Assembly (NCBI GenBank): GCA_965649765.1
Contig: OZ287752.1
Span: 11,470,001 to 11,534,000 of the forward strand
Reading direction: 5' to 3'
DNA length: 64,000 nt
From: Bispira polyomma
Taxonomy: Eukaryota
Positions 52,201-64,000 of the stretch are shown in pieces. Each line of letters opens with the position of its first letter. Within the stretch, counting starts at the first letter, position 1. The notes beneath the pieces were generated by a model. The model searched no databases and was not told the DNA's origin. It saw only the letters and a program-made list of their open reading frames with translations. The position numbers were made by a program, and so were the translations under genes.

Positions 52201-52779
52201 GTATTTCAAATAGAAGAAAGTAATACAAGAAATATTTTCTTACCTTTTCAGTGTACCAAGTAGATAGAACCTCAAATTGATTACAGGTGGAAAGCATTAA
52301 AGGCTTGAAATTATGAGAGAAATGACTATGCAAGATGTTGATTACTAACATTTAAAATTTCAGTGGAAAATCCCCTTTTCTTTATTGTAACAATATAAAT
52401 AGAAAATGAAAAAATGTACAAAGCATTACAAACTGTTGTATACTATTATTAAGACTTGATGTTAAATTCCCACACGTTTTCATGTATCCTGGTAACTGTC
52501 GGATTTTATGCAAAAATATAAACCAGTGAAACTGGTCATTAATTAAGTAACGGGTAGTTTGAAATTTTCAATCTTAGAATAGGTGATAATTATGTTTTGT
52601 TAATTAGTGTACAAATTTTTTTCCCACAAACAAATATCCACAACAATAGGGTCTACATTTCTTTATTATGAAGCTCAATTCAAGGTTCTTTTTGTTTTAC
52701 ATATTTACTTTGTATATAGTGCATATATGTTAGTTTTTCAAATTAATCTTGTCCAAGTTCTTGACAAAACTTTAGCCTC

Positions 52780-54072
52780 TGAGGTGTCATACAAGAGTAT
52801 GGTTTTTAACCCATGTTAGATAGTTATAATTATTCAAATTTAAATAATTTGAAATCTCAAACAGTTATGTTAAATACCTTGAAAGAATATGACTTAGTGG
52901 ATACTTATAGGTTTTTTAAACCCAATTGTAAGCGATATAGATGGAGTAGACATAATCCATTGAAACAAACCAGACTAGATTATTTTATTGTTTCAGCAAA
53001 CCTAACCGACTTGATCAGCGAGATAGATATCACACTTGGCTATAAATCAGACCATTCTATACTGGAGCTAAATATATTGATAAATAACTTTAAATAAGAA
53101 AAAGGCCTATTTAAATTTAATACCAATTTGCTAAAGGACACAAAGTATCTTACAATAATTAACAAATGTATTACAGAAGAAATCATATAAGATGCTGTTC
53201 CAGTGTACAACTTGGACAAAATCAATGAGATTCCTGGAAAAAAAAAATCCACTTGATCATAGTGGATCACATGACCTGTTTTAAGAAATGCTCACAGTCG
53301 GAATCAGAGGATAAAGTATAAAATTCTCTAGTATCAAGAAAAACCAATATAAGGTCACTGAAATGAGATGTGTATCTGAAGTAGAAACTTTAGAACATCA
53401 AAATGACTTGGTAAATCAAAATATCATTGATACTAAAAAGCAAGACACCTGAGGGAATAGATAATGAAAGGTCACTCTATAAGGCCAAGGGTTCATAAGG
53501 TTTTATTATGGGAAAGGCCCACAAATTTTTTTGCTCCCTTGAACATCATAACTTCCTTGATAAAACAATTAAAAAGATAAGAAGACTGGGACCGTATTCA
53601 CAGAGGCCTTAGCCTTAACTTAGTCATAAGCTTAACATTTATCTCTAAATATTTAAGATTTCCTACTGTTAACTGCTTTAATGTTGACAGTAAAGTTAAC
53701 ACTTACCAAATATTTTTTCTCACTGACACTGAGAAAAATATTAAAGTCCTAATATTCACAACCAAAATCAAACACCAAGTCTTAAGCTTAGGACTAAGTT
53801 AAGACTAAGACCTTTTATGAATACGACCCCAGGATGATAGCTGCATTACAGATCAAAAAAGAAATTTTGGCAAAAATTAAGAGGTTTTATAGTCAGTTAT
53901 TTCAAATATACGACCATAAGCTTAAAGATCTTGAGGTTATGTTAAAAGATATTAAAATAATAGGCTCACTGGACTGCAGGCAAAATCTCTTGAAGGTAAA
54001 TTAAAAGAAGAAGAATTGAGCAAAGCTTTAAAATATATGAAGAACAATAAAACACCTGGAAGAGATGGCTAG
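52780..54072 (+). pseudogene. L1/Tx1-clade LINE ORF2 relic, 5' part (endonuclease C-term to RT start)
   Basis: DLVDTYR..KQTRLDYFIVS..YKSDHS; PTNFF..LE; ALKYMKNNKTPGRDG. Confidence 0.85.
53589..53829. mobile_element. Short palindromic MITE inserted in the LINE
   Basis: TIR GGACCGTATTCA / TGAATACGACCC extended by CTTAGCCTTAACTTAGTC / GACTAAGTTAAGACTAAG; CTG/CAG flanks. Confidence 0.8.
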
Positions 54073-57000
54073 TTTTTTACGGCGATGACGTCATGTCCGG
54101 TATGGAATACCGGATATTACGTTTATCAAGTTGTAGTTTTAATAGAAGCCATCGTGGGTGGTTACCGTTTGAGGACAGGAAGTTCCCCTGGAAGTATGGG
54201 GACTGTGTGTCTAAAAGTTTTGTGTATGTGTGTCTCATGGGTCATATATGCTGCCGTTGTAATTTGAGTGCTGTCCGTTCTATGGGTCTAGAGTATTTAG
54301 TAATTTAATAGCAATCGGGGGGGCCGTTGTTAGGTTCAAGTTTGAGCGATAGGTATTTTTCCTGTTCAAAGTCTCACGAGTCAGCGCCCCCCTCATTTGG
54401 GGGGGTAGCCTTCGTAGATATCAATTAACGAATGTCCCGTGAAACTTCCTCCTTCATATCATCAGCAGTGTTGTGGTGGTGAAAAGTAATTATATAAATG
54501 TTGTTTTTTTCATTTTCATGTCGGTAGCATTGCTGGAGGGGGAAGGGGGGTCGTTATTTTTGTGAAATATTAACACACACTTAAAAAGGCAAGGTTGCTT
54601 TCCCAACACGTGTAAATATAGATGGGCTCTAATTGAAGCCATTCCTAGCAGTCTGTCAAAGTCAATCAATAAATATCAAGAGGCCAGCCCGCTCTTTCCT
54701 ATGTTGGCACGAGTCCAATCACACAATGAAGTAGTACAATATGACGTCTTCATCTATAAATAGACATGGCCTACAATTGAACTCGTTTTCATAGAAGGGG
54801 GTCAATTACAGGCCATGTATACTTAGGGGATAGGGGGGGCAGCCTCTGCTTTTGTAAATGCGTCTTTATGGTACTACTTTTGTTTTGTTTATTGATTTCT
54901 TGGCTTGTCGTGTGTGTGTGTGTGTGTGTGTGTGCATATGTATTGGGGAAGGGGGAGGGGTGGTTATTTAATACTAAGTCGTATAATCTTGGCAAAAGGC
55001 CAGGGGTGACTTCTTTAAGTGCATATATCATAAATCTGTTTTTCTTTTTTTGGTTGGTGTGTGTTGCTCATGTCAGGATGGAATGACAGAGTCATCGGTT
55101 GGGTGTACTATGCCTACACTATTTCTTATGTCCTTTTCCTTTTACTCCTTCCACAATATTTCTTATCACAAATATTTTGATCTCATTATTGTTGTAGCTA
55201 GAATGTTTTATTATGAAATCTATCAGAAGAAATATACTTTTCTTATTGTGATAAATGTACTTACCACAACTTGTGACTAAATCTTTTTCAAGGCAAGTCC
55301 CTAGCGATAAATAGAATTTTTTATTGTGATAAATGTATTTAACATAACTTTATTAATGCAATTATTTCTTTTACTTTGAACAATGTACGATACAATGGAA
55401 GGTAGTGCTTCATAAAATTATGCTGTGCAACTTACGAGCTGTATAATAATTATGTAGTATGTTATTTCTCTACTTGCTATTTGTCATGCATTTTATATGT
55501 GCACAGGTGGTTAATTATAGCGGAAAGGGTGAAACACTTATTACTTTTGGAGTAAATATAAAAGAATTTTTTCATCTCGTACTCCCAAATTAAACCAATA
55601 TTTTTTTTTGTCGTAGCAAAAACTCCATTCGGGGGGGAGGGGGGGGAGCAAGGTAATAATTGGGTGTAATTGGGGAGGGAGGGGGGTGCCATAATATTTT
55701 ATTTAACAACAAGCATGTATGTTACTAATAAAACAAAAAGAATAAAAGGCATTTTAAATTTTTTTTCCCACCCAAATTTTTATTTTTTTTTCTTTCTTGT
55801 CATTAAATTGGTACGCCTGGGCGTACTGACGTTAATGGTAGCTATGCCCCTGCATGGTTAGTGGAATTGCTTGTGTCTAATTATATTACTTGAACAAAAT
55901 ATGATTACTTTAATTTGAACTTTGTAATTACAAAAGAAGCCTGTAACAAAACAATCAAATAACGAAATCATAAACAAGGGAAACCTGTATGGAGAGATAA
56001 ACACATGGATGCACTATAATAATACATGTTGATGCAATATATAATACATTTACAACACTGATATCGATGAATAGCAAAACAATAGAAATAAAATGTGAAC
56101 GATTAGGATTCATTTGTGGTAATGTATCATCGTATGTAATAGTAGACATGTGCCTGTGATATTCGGTGTTCTGCGAGGTAATATCTGTTTTTGTCACGTT
56201 CAACAGTTCTTTCTTGGTCTGCACCAAAGAGACTCTGTTTGGAATGTCTTGTCTACATCTGTTCTTACAATAAAGTATATAAGCTATATTTATTAATGTC
56301 GCGAAAATACAGTATCTTGATCCTCTAAATTTATTTTTTCTTATTTCTCCTATTTATAGCTTCTACCTGAAACTGTATCCTTTGTATTACAACTTTTACT
56401 TAACACTGACGATGACAACAATTCCGACACCGACATAGATGATGATGAAACAAACAACATCACTCTAACTACACCTATCAATATCGAGCTAAAAAATGGC
56501 ATCACAATTACACAACGCAAAAACCCACGTGTAATACGTACAATCAGATACAACAAAGAACGTGACCCTGACAACTACTACAGAGAACAATTAATGCTAT
56601 ATATACCTTGGCGAAATGAAGAACACGACCTCCATAGTGAAAACTGTTCCTATGCTCAGCATTATGAACAAAAAAAAAACATCATTCAAGAAAAGTCACT
56701 GCCTTACAACTGGTCAAGTGATGTATTAGATCAAGAACAAGCAGAAGCCGATAATTTTGAAGATATTCAAGCACAAGTTGCGCCTTCTACTGGATATGAA
56801 GACTTAGAAGATGAACAAACAGGCACCTTAGAAAGTCTCAATTTTAAATACTTTAATCCAGACACCCATGAATATCAACAATCATATGACATTGCACAAG
56901 ACATGGGTATGGCACCTCAATCTACACAAGCTGAAAAGCAACTATTAGCAGGTTGTATTCCCGATTGCGAATACAGGAAACATATACAATCTCTCTACCC

Positions 57001-59226
57001 TGAACAACAAACAATATTTACACATATCTTGCAACATATTCATAACAATGACAACCCATTGCATCTTTTCCTCACAGGTGGTGCAGGTGTTGGCAAAACC
57101 ATGCTTATAAAAACACTGTACCAAGCTTTACTCAGACTACTTTGCTCTGAAGAAGGACACAACCCTGAACAATCAACAATACTTTTATGTGCTCCTACTG
57201 GTAAAGCTGCATACAACATTCAAGGCACTACACTTCACAGTGCACTTAAAATCTTACCTAATCAAGCAACATATCCCTACACAAAACTTAACTTTGACAC
57301 AAAATCGACTCTTATGGCAAAATATGCAAACCTCAAAGTCCTCATCATTGATGAAATTTCAATGGTAGGCAACAGATTATTCAACTGCATCAATGAAAGG
57401 CTAAAAGAAATAAAAAAATACACCTCACCCATTTGGCAACATACACATACTTTGTGTCGGAGATCTCTGTCAATTAAAACCTGTCATGGACACCTGGATA
57501 TTTTCAAACCTACAACAACAATATGGTCCTTAGCTAGTAATCTATGGCAAGACCATTTCTCATATTTTGAACTGAAACAAATTATGCGCCAAAGAAATGA
57601 CCTACCCTTTGCTCAGTTACTTAATCGACTACAAAATGGTACACATACTTCAAATGACATCTCAACCTTGCAAAGTTGCACCATACCTGACCCATACCCA
57701 ACAAATGTCATGCACCTCTTTCAACAGAACATTGACATTGATCAATATAACCTGTCCCTATTCCAACAAACAAACAATGAAAAAATAATGCTTCCAGCAA
57801 ATGACTTCATTATCGCTGATATCACAAGTTCCCTGAAAAAAAATATACTTGGAAAATTAAAACACAAACCCTTGCCCACATCACAAACTGCTAATTTACT
57901 GACATCTGTACCTGTCGCCCTTGACCTAAGATACGAAATAACTTGTAACATTGACATCGAAAATGGATTCATAAATGGTGCTTCGGCCATTATCAAGAAG
58001 ATCCACTACTTAGAAAACGTCAATATTCCAAGCATAATATGGGTCCTCTTTGACAGGCCTCAAAGTGGAACTATAACATGCCAAAAATATAAACACTTCT
58101 ATGAATCAAACAATCCTCACACATGGACTCCTATTTTCGCAATCTCAAGAACCTTCTACTATGGCAAAGCACATGTCACCATTTCACGTCAACAGTTCCC
58201 TATCAGGCCTGCGACTGCAAAAACGATTCACAAATCACAAGGTTACACGTATGACCAAATAGTAGTGTTCATGAAAAACTGCCGCGCACAAGAACATTCT
58301 CACTATGTCGCACTAAGTAGAGTCACTTCCATTTCAGGATTATATATCAAAGAATTAGCTCTAACAAAGATAAAAGTTGATCCCAAAGTACAAATAGAAA
58401 TCAACAGACTACAACATGACACACCAGTCCAACTTTGTTACACACCAACTCATACAATTCCGAACACAAAACACAAGATAATATTCCAAAACACAAGATC
58501 ACTACACCTTCATTATGAAGACATATTACATGATCACAATTTCATACAAGCTGACATTATAGGTCTCTGCGAATCACGACTAACATCAAACGATGATTCA
58601 CAATCATACCTACTCCCACACTTTTCCTGCATACGGAATGACCAAACCAATTATCAAGGACCCCACAGACCTCCCCATGGTTTATTCGCATATATCAGAG
58701 ATCAATACAACATACTCTCAGAACATCATCTAAGTACACCTCTTTTAGAATACACAACAATCCTCCTACAACTACCACCCAAACCTCCATTCGTTTTTGC
58801 TCTACTTTATTCGGCTCCACGATGTACCATACCCCATTTCAAACAAAACATTGCACAATTAGCTACTGATATTCTTATACATAATACACAAAAATACATC
58901 ATTGTTGGAGATTTCAACATTGACATTCACAAAGCTGAAAACAATCACTTGTTACAATACATGGAACAACATTTTGCATCCATTCAACAATCAAAACACA
59001 TTTCATCGCATGGAACTATCATAGACCTATGCTTTTCCACTCACCCGTTACAAGTTTCGACCATGTTTTTTTCCTTCTCTGACCACAACACTATGGTACT
59101 ATCATTAGACAAACAATAACATCAAAACATACCACAACAATATCCTGTCTTGATCCTTCATGTCCTCTGTTTATAACTATCATGCGTCATCAGCCGATGT
59201 GGCCCCATGGGCCACTCTATCTTGTT
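54073..59226 (+). mobile_element. Helentron (endonuclease-encoding Helitron), internally deleted, Rep domain absent
   Basis: 5' TTTTTTACGGCGATGACG plus hairpin TCCGGTATGGAATACCGGA; 3' subTIR CGTCATCAGCCG, hairpin GTGGCCCCATGGGCCAC, then TCTATCTTGTT. T-rich target, no TSD; LINE sequence resumes afterwards. Confidence 0.87.
56594..59119 (+). CDS. Helentron Pif1-family (SF1B) helicase fused to an APE/EEP endonuclease; 5'-truncated, in-frame from ~56395
   Basis: MLYIPWRNE, GGAGVGKT, APTGKAA, IIDEISM, QIMRQ, QFPIRPATAKTIHKSQG, YVALSR; then NTRSL, LCES, VGDFN, IDLCF, SDH. Confidence 0.92.
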   Translation: MLYIPWRNEEHDLHSENCSYAQHYEQKKNIIQEKSLPYNWSSDVLDQEQAEADNFEDIQAQVAPSTGYEDLEDEQTGTLESLNFKYFNPDTHEYQQSYDIAQDMGMAPQSTQAEKQLLAGCIPDCEYRKHIQSLYPEQQTIFTHILQHIHNNDNPLHLFLTGGAGVGKTMLIKTLYQALLRLLCSEEGHNPEQSTILLCAPTGKAAYNIQGTTLHSALKILPNQATYPYTKLNFDTKSTLMAKYANLKVLIIDEISMVGNRLFNCINERLKEIKKYTSPIWQHTHTLCRRSLSIKTCHGHLDIFKPTTTIWSLASNLWQDHFSYFELKQIMRQRNDLPFAQLLNRLQNGTHTSNDISTLQSCTIPDPYPTNVMHLFQQNIDIDQYNLSLFQQTNNEKIMLPANDFIIADITSSLKKNILGKLKHKPLPTSQTANLLTSVPVALDLRYEITCNIDIENGFINGASAIIKKIHYLENVNIPSIIWVLFDRPQSGTITCQKYKHFYESNNPHTWTPIFAISRTFYYGKAHVTISRQQFPIRPATAKTIHKSQGYTYDQIVVFMKNCRAQEHSHYVALSRVTSISGLYIKELALTKIKVDPKVQIEINRLQHDTPVQLCYTPTHTIPNTKHKIIFQNTRSLHLHYEDILHDHNFIQADIIGLCESRLTSNDDSQSYLLPHFSCIRNDQTNYQGPHRPPHGLFAYIRDQYNILSEHHLSTPLLEYTTILLQLPPKPPFVFALLYSAPRCTIPHFKQNIAQLATDILIHNTQKYIIVGDFNIDIHKAENNHLLQYMEQHFASIQQSKHISSHGTIIDLCFSTHPLQVSTMFFSFSDHNTMVLSLDKQ

Positions 59227-59650
59227 GAAAGTCTTTGAGCAAATGGATACTAGAGCCCTAAATTATATTTTTAAAAGGGGGACACTTCCCCTGTCACAAA
59301 GGCAGTGTCTTTTAATATGCCTTCCTAAAAATGGAAAGCCTGGAGGATATATTCGGAATTTTTCGCGTATTATCAATGTTATCTGTAATGCACTGGTGAG
59401 GTTGTAAAATTTTGAAAAGTCATTCAAAATTATATTTTGGACAGATCAGGTGTAACAATTAAGTTCAGTAGTTTCAGTATTATATTTGGCCATCATTTAA
59501 TGGACCAAAATAAAATATTTCTTAATGCATTACTCTTAGTAGCTAAGAAATATATATATGATTGTGCTTTGTCAAATAATAACATTTAATTTAAACTTTT
59601 CTGCACAAATTGTTACTGATATAAAGAACATTTAATGTGAAAAAGGATAT
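59223..59650 (+). pseudogene. L1/Tx1 LINE ORF2 relic, 3' continuation with a large internal deletion
   Basis: LKVF..RALNYIFKRGTLPLSQRQCLLICLPKNGK follows PGxDG in L1/Tx1 RT; later LLVAKKYIYDC C-terminal motif. Confidence 0.75.
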
Positions 59651-59871
59651 ATTTGTATAAGATTAACATTATCAAAGCACTAACACAGACCCTTTGCCCT
59701 TTTTTTAAACTCCTTACAAAAAACATGATAAATCAAATCTATTGAACACACTTATTCAAAATGAAATAATGCATACCTCATGCCATGACGTCATAGTCAT
59801 GTGACCTACATTAACTGGGCTTTCCCCATTTCAGAAAGTTGCAACAACATACTTTTTTCGAGTGTATTTAG

Positions 59872-61935
59872 TTATTAAGCGTCCCGTAAGGGCGCTTGTT
59901 TGTATATAGGAGGTAAATTTATGCATTTTCGGTCATAAGACTTTTTTGATTGGTCGAAATGTAATGACACTATATTGAAAATTAGCCCAAGGTCTACTGG
60001 ATACATGTGCCAAATTTGAAGAGAATCCATCCAGTGGTTGCTGAGTTACAGCCAATTGAAAATGTGTGACTAAATAAATTTGCCTTGTTTTGTATACAGG
60101 AGACGATTCACGCGGAAGGGGCCGCCGGCTCCGCCGGCTCCCGCCTTTTCTATTGGCTATAGCTCAGTAACCACTGGGCGGATTCTCTTCAAATTTGGCA
60201 CATGTATGCAGTAGCCCTGGGAAAAAATTTTGAATATAGTGTCATCACATTTCGACCAATCAGAGAAGTCACATGACCCGAAACACGTTTTTTAAAGGGG
60301 TGTGCTTGTCCGGATGATAACTTAAAAAGCGCTTTACCTATTCTCATGAAATTTGACAAGTAGGTTTCTTGTATAGATGTCCGGAACTAGATAACTTTGA
60401 TAAGTGATCCGATACAAAATAGCCGACTTATTAACGATTAATTAAACGTTACGATTTTTCGAAACAAAGAAAATGAAAAATCCTTAATATCTCGGAAACG
60501 GTGCGAGATAGAGCGATTTCGGCTGAATTTTGGGCCCGGAGGATATACTCAGTATTTTAATTTTAAATTTTTTTAAAAAAGTCAATCTCAACGAATAGAA
60601 AATCCTTAATATCTCAGAAACGGTGCGTGATAGAGCGATTTCGGCTGAATTTTGGGCCCAAAAGGCATACTCAGTATATTTAAAACTCAGCAACTTGCCC
60701 AAAAATTTCAAAAAATTTAATTTTTTTTTAAAAATTCAAAAAATTTTAAATTTTGTTAAAAAAGTCAAAAAATTTTAAAAAGTCAAAATTTTCAAAAAAA
60801 TTTTAAATTTTCAAAATTTCGGAAAAATCCTTAATCTCAACAAAGAAAATGAAAAATCCTTAATATCTCGGAAACGGTGCGAGATAGAGCGATTTCGGCT
60901 GAACTTTAGGCCCACAGGGTATACCCAGTATTCTCAAAATTCAGCAACTTGGCAAAAATTCAAAAATTAAATTTTTTTTAAAAAATTCAAAAATTTATTT
61001 TAAAAAAAATCAAAATTTTTAAAAAGGTCAAAATTTTCAAAATTCCTCAATCTCAACAAAAGAAACGAAAAATCCTCAATATCTCAGAATCGGTGAGAGA
61101 TAGAGTGATTTTGGCTGAATTTTGGGCTCACAGGGTATAAACATTTTATAAAAATGTTAAAATTTTGCAAAAGTCCTCAATCTCTACAAAGGAAACGAAA
61201 AATCCTTAATATCCTGGAAACGGTGAGAGATAGAGTGATTTTGGCAGAATTTTGGGCTCACAGGGTATAAAAATTTTATAAAAATGTTAAAATTTTGCAA
61301 AAGTCCTCAATCTCAACAAAGGAAATGAAAAATCCTTAATATCTCAGAAACGGTGAGAGATAGAGTGATTTCGGCTAAATTTTGGGCCCACAGGGTATAA
61401 AAATTTTTTTTAAATTTTCAAAATTTTGCAAAAGTCCTCATTCTCAACAAAGGAAATGAAAAATCCTTAATATCTCAGAAATGGTGAAAGATAGAGTGAT
61501 TTCGGCAGAATTTTGGGCTAACAGGGTATAAAATTTTTTATAAAAATGTTAAAATTTTGCAAAAGTCCTCAATCTCAACAAAGGAAATGAAAAATCCTTA
61601 ATATCTCCGAAACGGTGAGAGATAGAGTGATTTCGGCTGAATTTTGGGCCCACATGGTATAAAAAAATTTAAAAAATTTTTAAATTTTCAAAAAAGTCAA
61701 AATTTTTAAAAAATTTAAATTTTCAAAAAAGGTCAATTTTTTTTTTTTTTTGGAATTTTTAAAAAAATCGCTTTCTCCCCATTTTTGGCCGCCAACTTGA
61801 ATTTCTGCATTTATCTTGGAAACGGTGCCAGATAGAGCAATTTCTGCAGAATTTTGGGCTCGGAGGGTATATGCAGAAAATTGCTCAATGTCTTATTGGG
61901 ACGCTTTGTTTTTGCTTTGCAAAAACAATTTCCTT
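59872..61935 (+). mobile_element. HINE/DINE-like element with an internal tandem array (~123-bp core)
   Basis: subTIR AAGCGTCCC..GGGACGCTT, 3' hairpin TTGTTTTTGC-TTT-GCAAAAACAA, ~9 copies of AATATCTCGGAAACGGTGCGAGATAGAGCGATTTCGG. Confidence 0.8.
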
Positions 61936-62260
61936 TCATTTGCAAAGCAGTACTCTAGTTTGTGATTGGATATTGACAGGAAAGCATCAAATAACGTAAG
62001 TTAAATACTAATCTATGGTTTTAGTGTTGGTTATGTTGAATGTTTGTGGTTGATCAGTATATTTAGAAAAGTGTCCGCTAATCGCTGTCCCGTCCACTAA
62101 GCTGTCCACTCGTGTAATGGTTTGTTTAGACATTGTGTCTACAGACCTAATGCAAGGTCTTTCCATGATTGAGGGCATTATGAGTTTTTCACTGAATTTT
62201 TCGCTGAAATTTTGGAATATACTGAAGAAAATGTCGGTTACAATTCAACTTTTGGCTGAA

Positions 62261-62880
62261 CTGTAGAATCCGCCTGACGGAAGTGAAAATATTATAATTA
62301 GGAAATACAGGAAGTATAATTAGAAATATTTAATAATTAATTTATGTAATAATTAAGAAAAAACAACTGAATACTGAAACCAATGTTTGAAAAAAATAAG
62401 TTTCATAGGTCGACAAGGTTGACAAAGTCGACAAAATGTTACATTTCATATGTGGTACACATTTCATTGCTTTACAAGGTCAACAAAGTAGGTTAGGGTT
62501 GGAAATAATCAAAGTTAACATTTTATCGACCTTGGTCGATCTGTACACCTATATGTATTTAAAATAGGCATTATAATATTGAAAATTTTGTCGGCTTTGT
62601 CGACCTTGTCGACCTGTCAACCTTTATATATGAATGCATTGCCATAATAAATAACATCAGAGTTAACATTTAATATTAGTATACAAAAATTTCCCCCTTA
62701 TTATTTCAGTTTTTTTTTTTAATTTGTCAATCTTGTCGACCTTAATATCTCAAACTATTTGTATACAAAAACATTCCCCCTTATTACACATTTCCATAAC
62801 TAATTTGCATATTTTATGCACATTAATTAACTTTATTTCCTAATTATAATATTTCCACTTCTATCAAGGGGGTTGTACAG
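62261..62880. mobile_element. Foldback/MITE-like element with GTCGAC-rich internal inverted repeats
   Basis: CTGTA..GAAGTGAAAATATTATAATTAGGAAATA / TATTTCCTAATTATAATATTTCCACTTC..TACAG. Confidence 0.65.
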
Positions 62881-63329
62881 TCGATCCGTTAATTTAGCTA
62901 AGTAGTTTTGAGAATTCGAGTACGGTTTGGTTTATACTAATGATTAATATAGTTCAGATTAATATAGGGACATATATCAGTGTCTAATAAACGTCAGATA
63001 ATTGAAATTAAATGTTGTAAATATACATGTATTGCCTTTTTGCATGATTATGCCAATGCTTATTGGCATAATCGTGCTTTCCTATGGAAAGAGGGGGGAG
63101 TTTGTGGGGGGGGGGGGGGGTATAGTCGGGAAAAAAAAAAGGTAACCATGGTTATTTTATCTCCACAGGGTAATCTCAGAACTCACAAGGATTACAGCTT
63201 TTATATTTGGCATACATATGGAATCTGTTTCAGTGACAGTCCATTTTAAATTTAATGTCAATATAGTTAGAAATAAGTCAGAAACATCCATTTTCTGTTT
63301 AGGGATCGTGAGCTTTGATTGAAGGGTCT

Positions 63330-63600
63330 ATCACCGCCCATTTCCGGTTTCTCGGTTTCTAGAACGATCTCATCAGCTGATTCATTCATGGATAGTTTTC
63401 GTTGTTTTAGTGAATGAATTTTAGAGTACGTAGTAAGGTCACGTGATCTTCCGAGCATGCGCAGTAAAACGATCGATACCCTCTTGCTAATTTGTTTCCA
63501 CGAGAACGTTGCCAGAACCTTCTACTGATCGAGATCGCTTCTTTGATGTTTCCGGAAACAGCTTCGTCACTTGTCTGGGTTTGTAGTAAAAATTCTCCGA
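63330..63600. promoter_or_regulatory. CpG-enriched island with promoter-type motifs
   Basis: E-box GGTCACGTGA (63437), NRF1-like GCATGCGCA (63455), ETS-like TTCCGG/CCGGAA. No transcript evidence. Confidence 0.35.
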
Positions 63601-64000
63601 TAACCATGTAAAAATAGAAATAAGATACGTTATTTAAGGAAATTGCTCCAAACCTTCTACTTCATAGATATATTAGCAAATGCTTGAAGTCCATTTTGAA
63701 ATATTTCTCAACATGTAGTTTAATCACAGTGTTTAACAGATCTCGGCTCATTTATATCTCCAGACAGGGGCCTGTTTCGACAGTATAATCAGTTCCAGGT
63801 GAAAGTTGGCAAGAGTAGATATGTATATACAATAATGTAAGATATTTTAATTAAAATCAAATATTAAAGATATATAAGGGCCCTTGCTTCTATTTAGTGT
63901 TTTTGTCTAATTTAATTAACGAATATTAATAGATTTCTAATAAAAACAATATACAAAAAGTTAGTCGCTCTCAACAAAAACAGGCCTGAAACTGACGTCA

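Larger units (their letters stand above)
51511..62114. mobile_element. TA-flanked TIR DNA element hosting nested insertions
   Basis: TA|CACGGGTGGACAGCTTAGCGGACACTTTT at the left; AAAAGTGTCCGCTAA..CTAAGCTGTCCACTCGTG|TA at the right. Confidence 0.65.

Noticed and set aside
56594-59119. Host PIF1 helicase gene
   Set aside because: It is intronless, fused to an APE endonuclease and enclosed by Helentron termini within a LINE.
63345-63380. Hammerhead ribozyme (minus strand CTGATGA..GAAA); also 19550-19580
   Set aside because: Stem II and the flanking stems do not pair properly.
63407-63607. TIR-domain fragment (NIKEAISISRR)
   Set aside because: Only a short resemblance; the other TIR boxes and usable splice sites are missing.

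Overview
AT-rich, intron- and repeat-rich animal genomic DNA, probably from a lophotrochozoan such as a mollusc (inferred from repeat types only); it is not prokaryotic. Two spliced host genes, largely missed by the ORF track, were rebuilt by hand from GT-AG sites and exon phases. (1) On +, 2344-16718: the 3' 17 coding exons of an intact single-pass membrane protein, [Ig-like]x6+ - EGF - CxxC Cys-rich module - SEA - SEA - TM - Tyr-containing tail, including 21-nt and 15-nt micro-exons. (2) On -, 35931-23278: a 5-exon secreted prepro-protein ending in a Spaetzle-like cystine knot, cut off just before the knot by a 1-nt frameshift. The rest is a dense mobilome: the 3' end of a DIRS1-type retrotransposon with its ICR and right ITR, a decayed Ngaro-like YR retrotransposon, and a Helentron carrying helicase and endonuclease. 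That Helentron sits in an L1/Tx1 LINE, which sits in a TA-flanked TIR element. A non-coding element with nearly the same termini splits a satellite. Also present are a solo LTR, Harbinger MITEs with a transposase relic, tRNA-derived SINEs with TSDs, and several tandem arrays. All family assignments come from motif recognition, not database searches.
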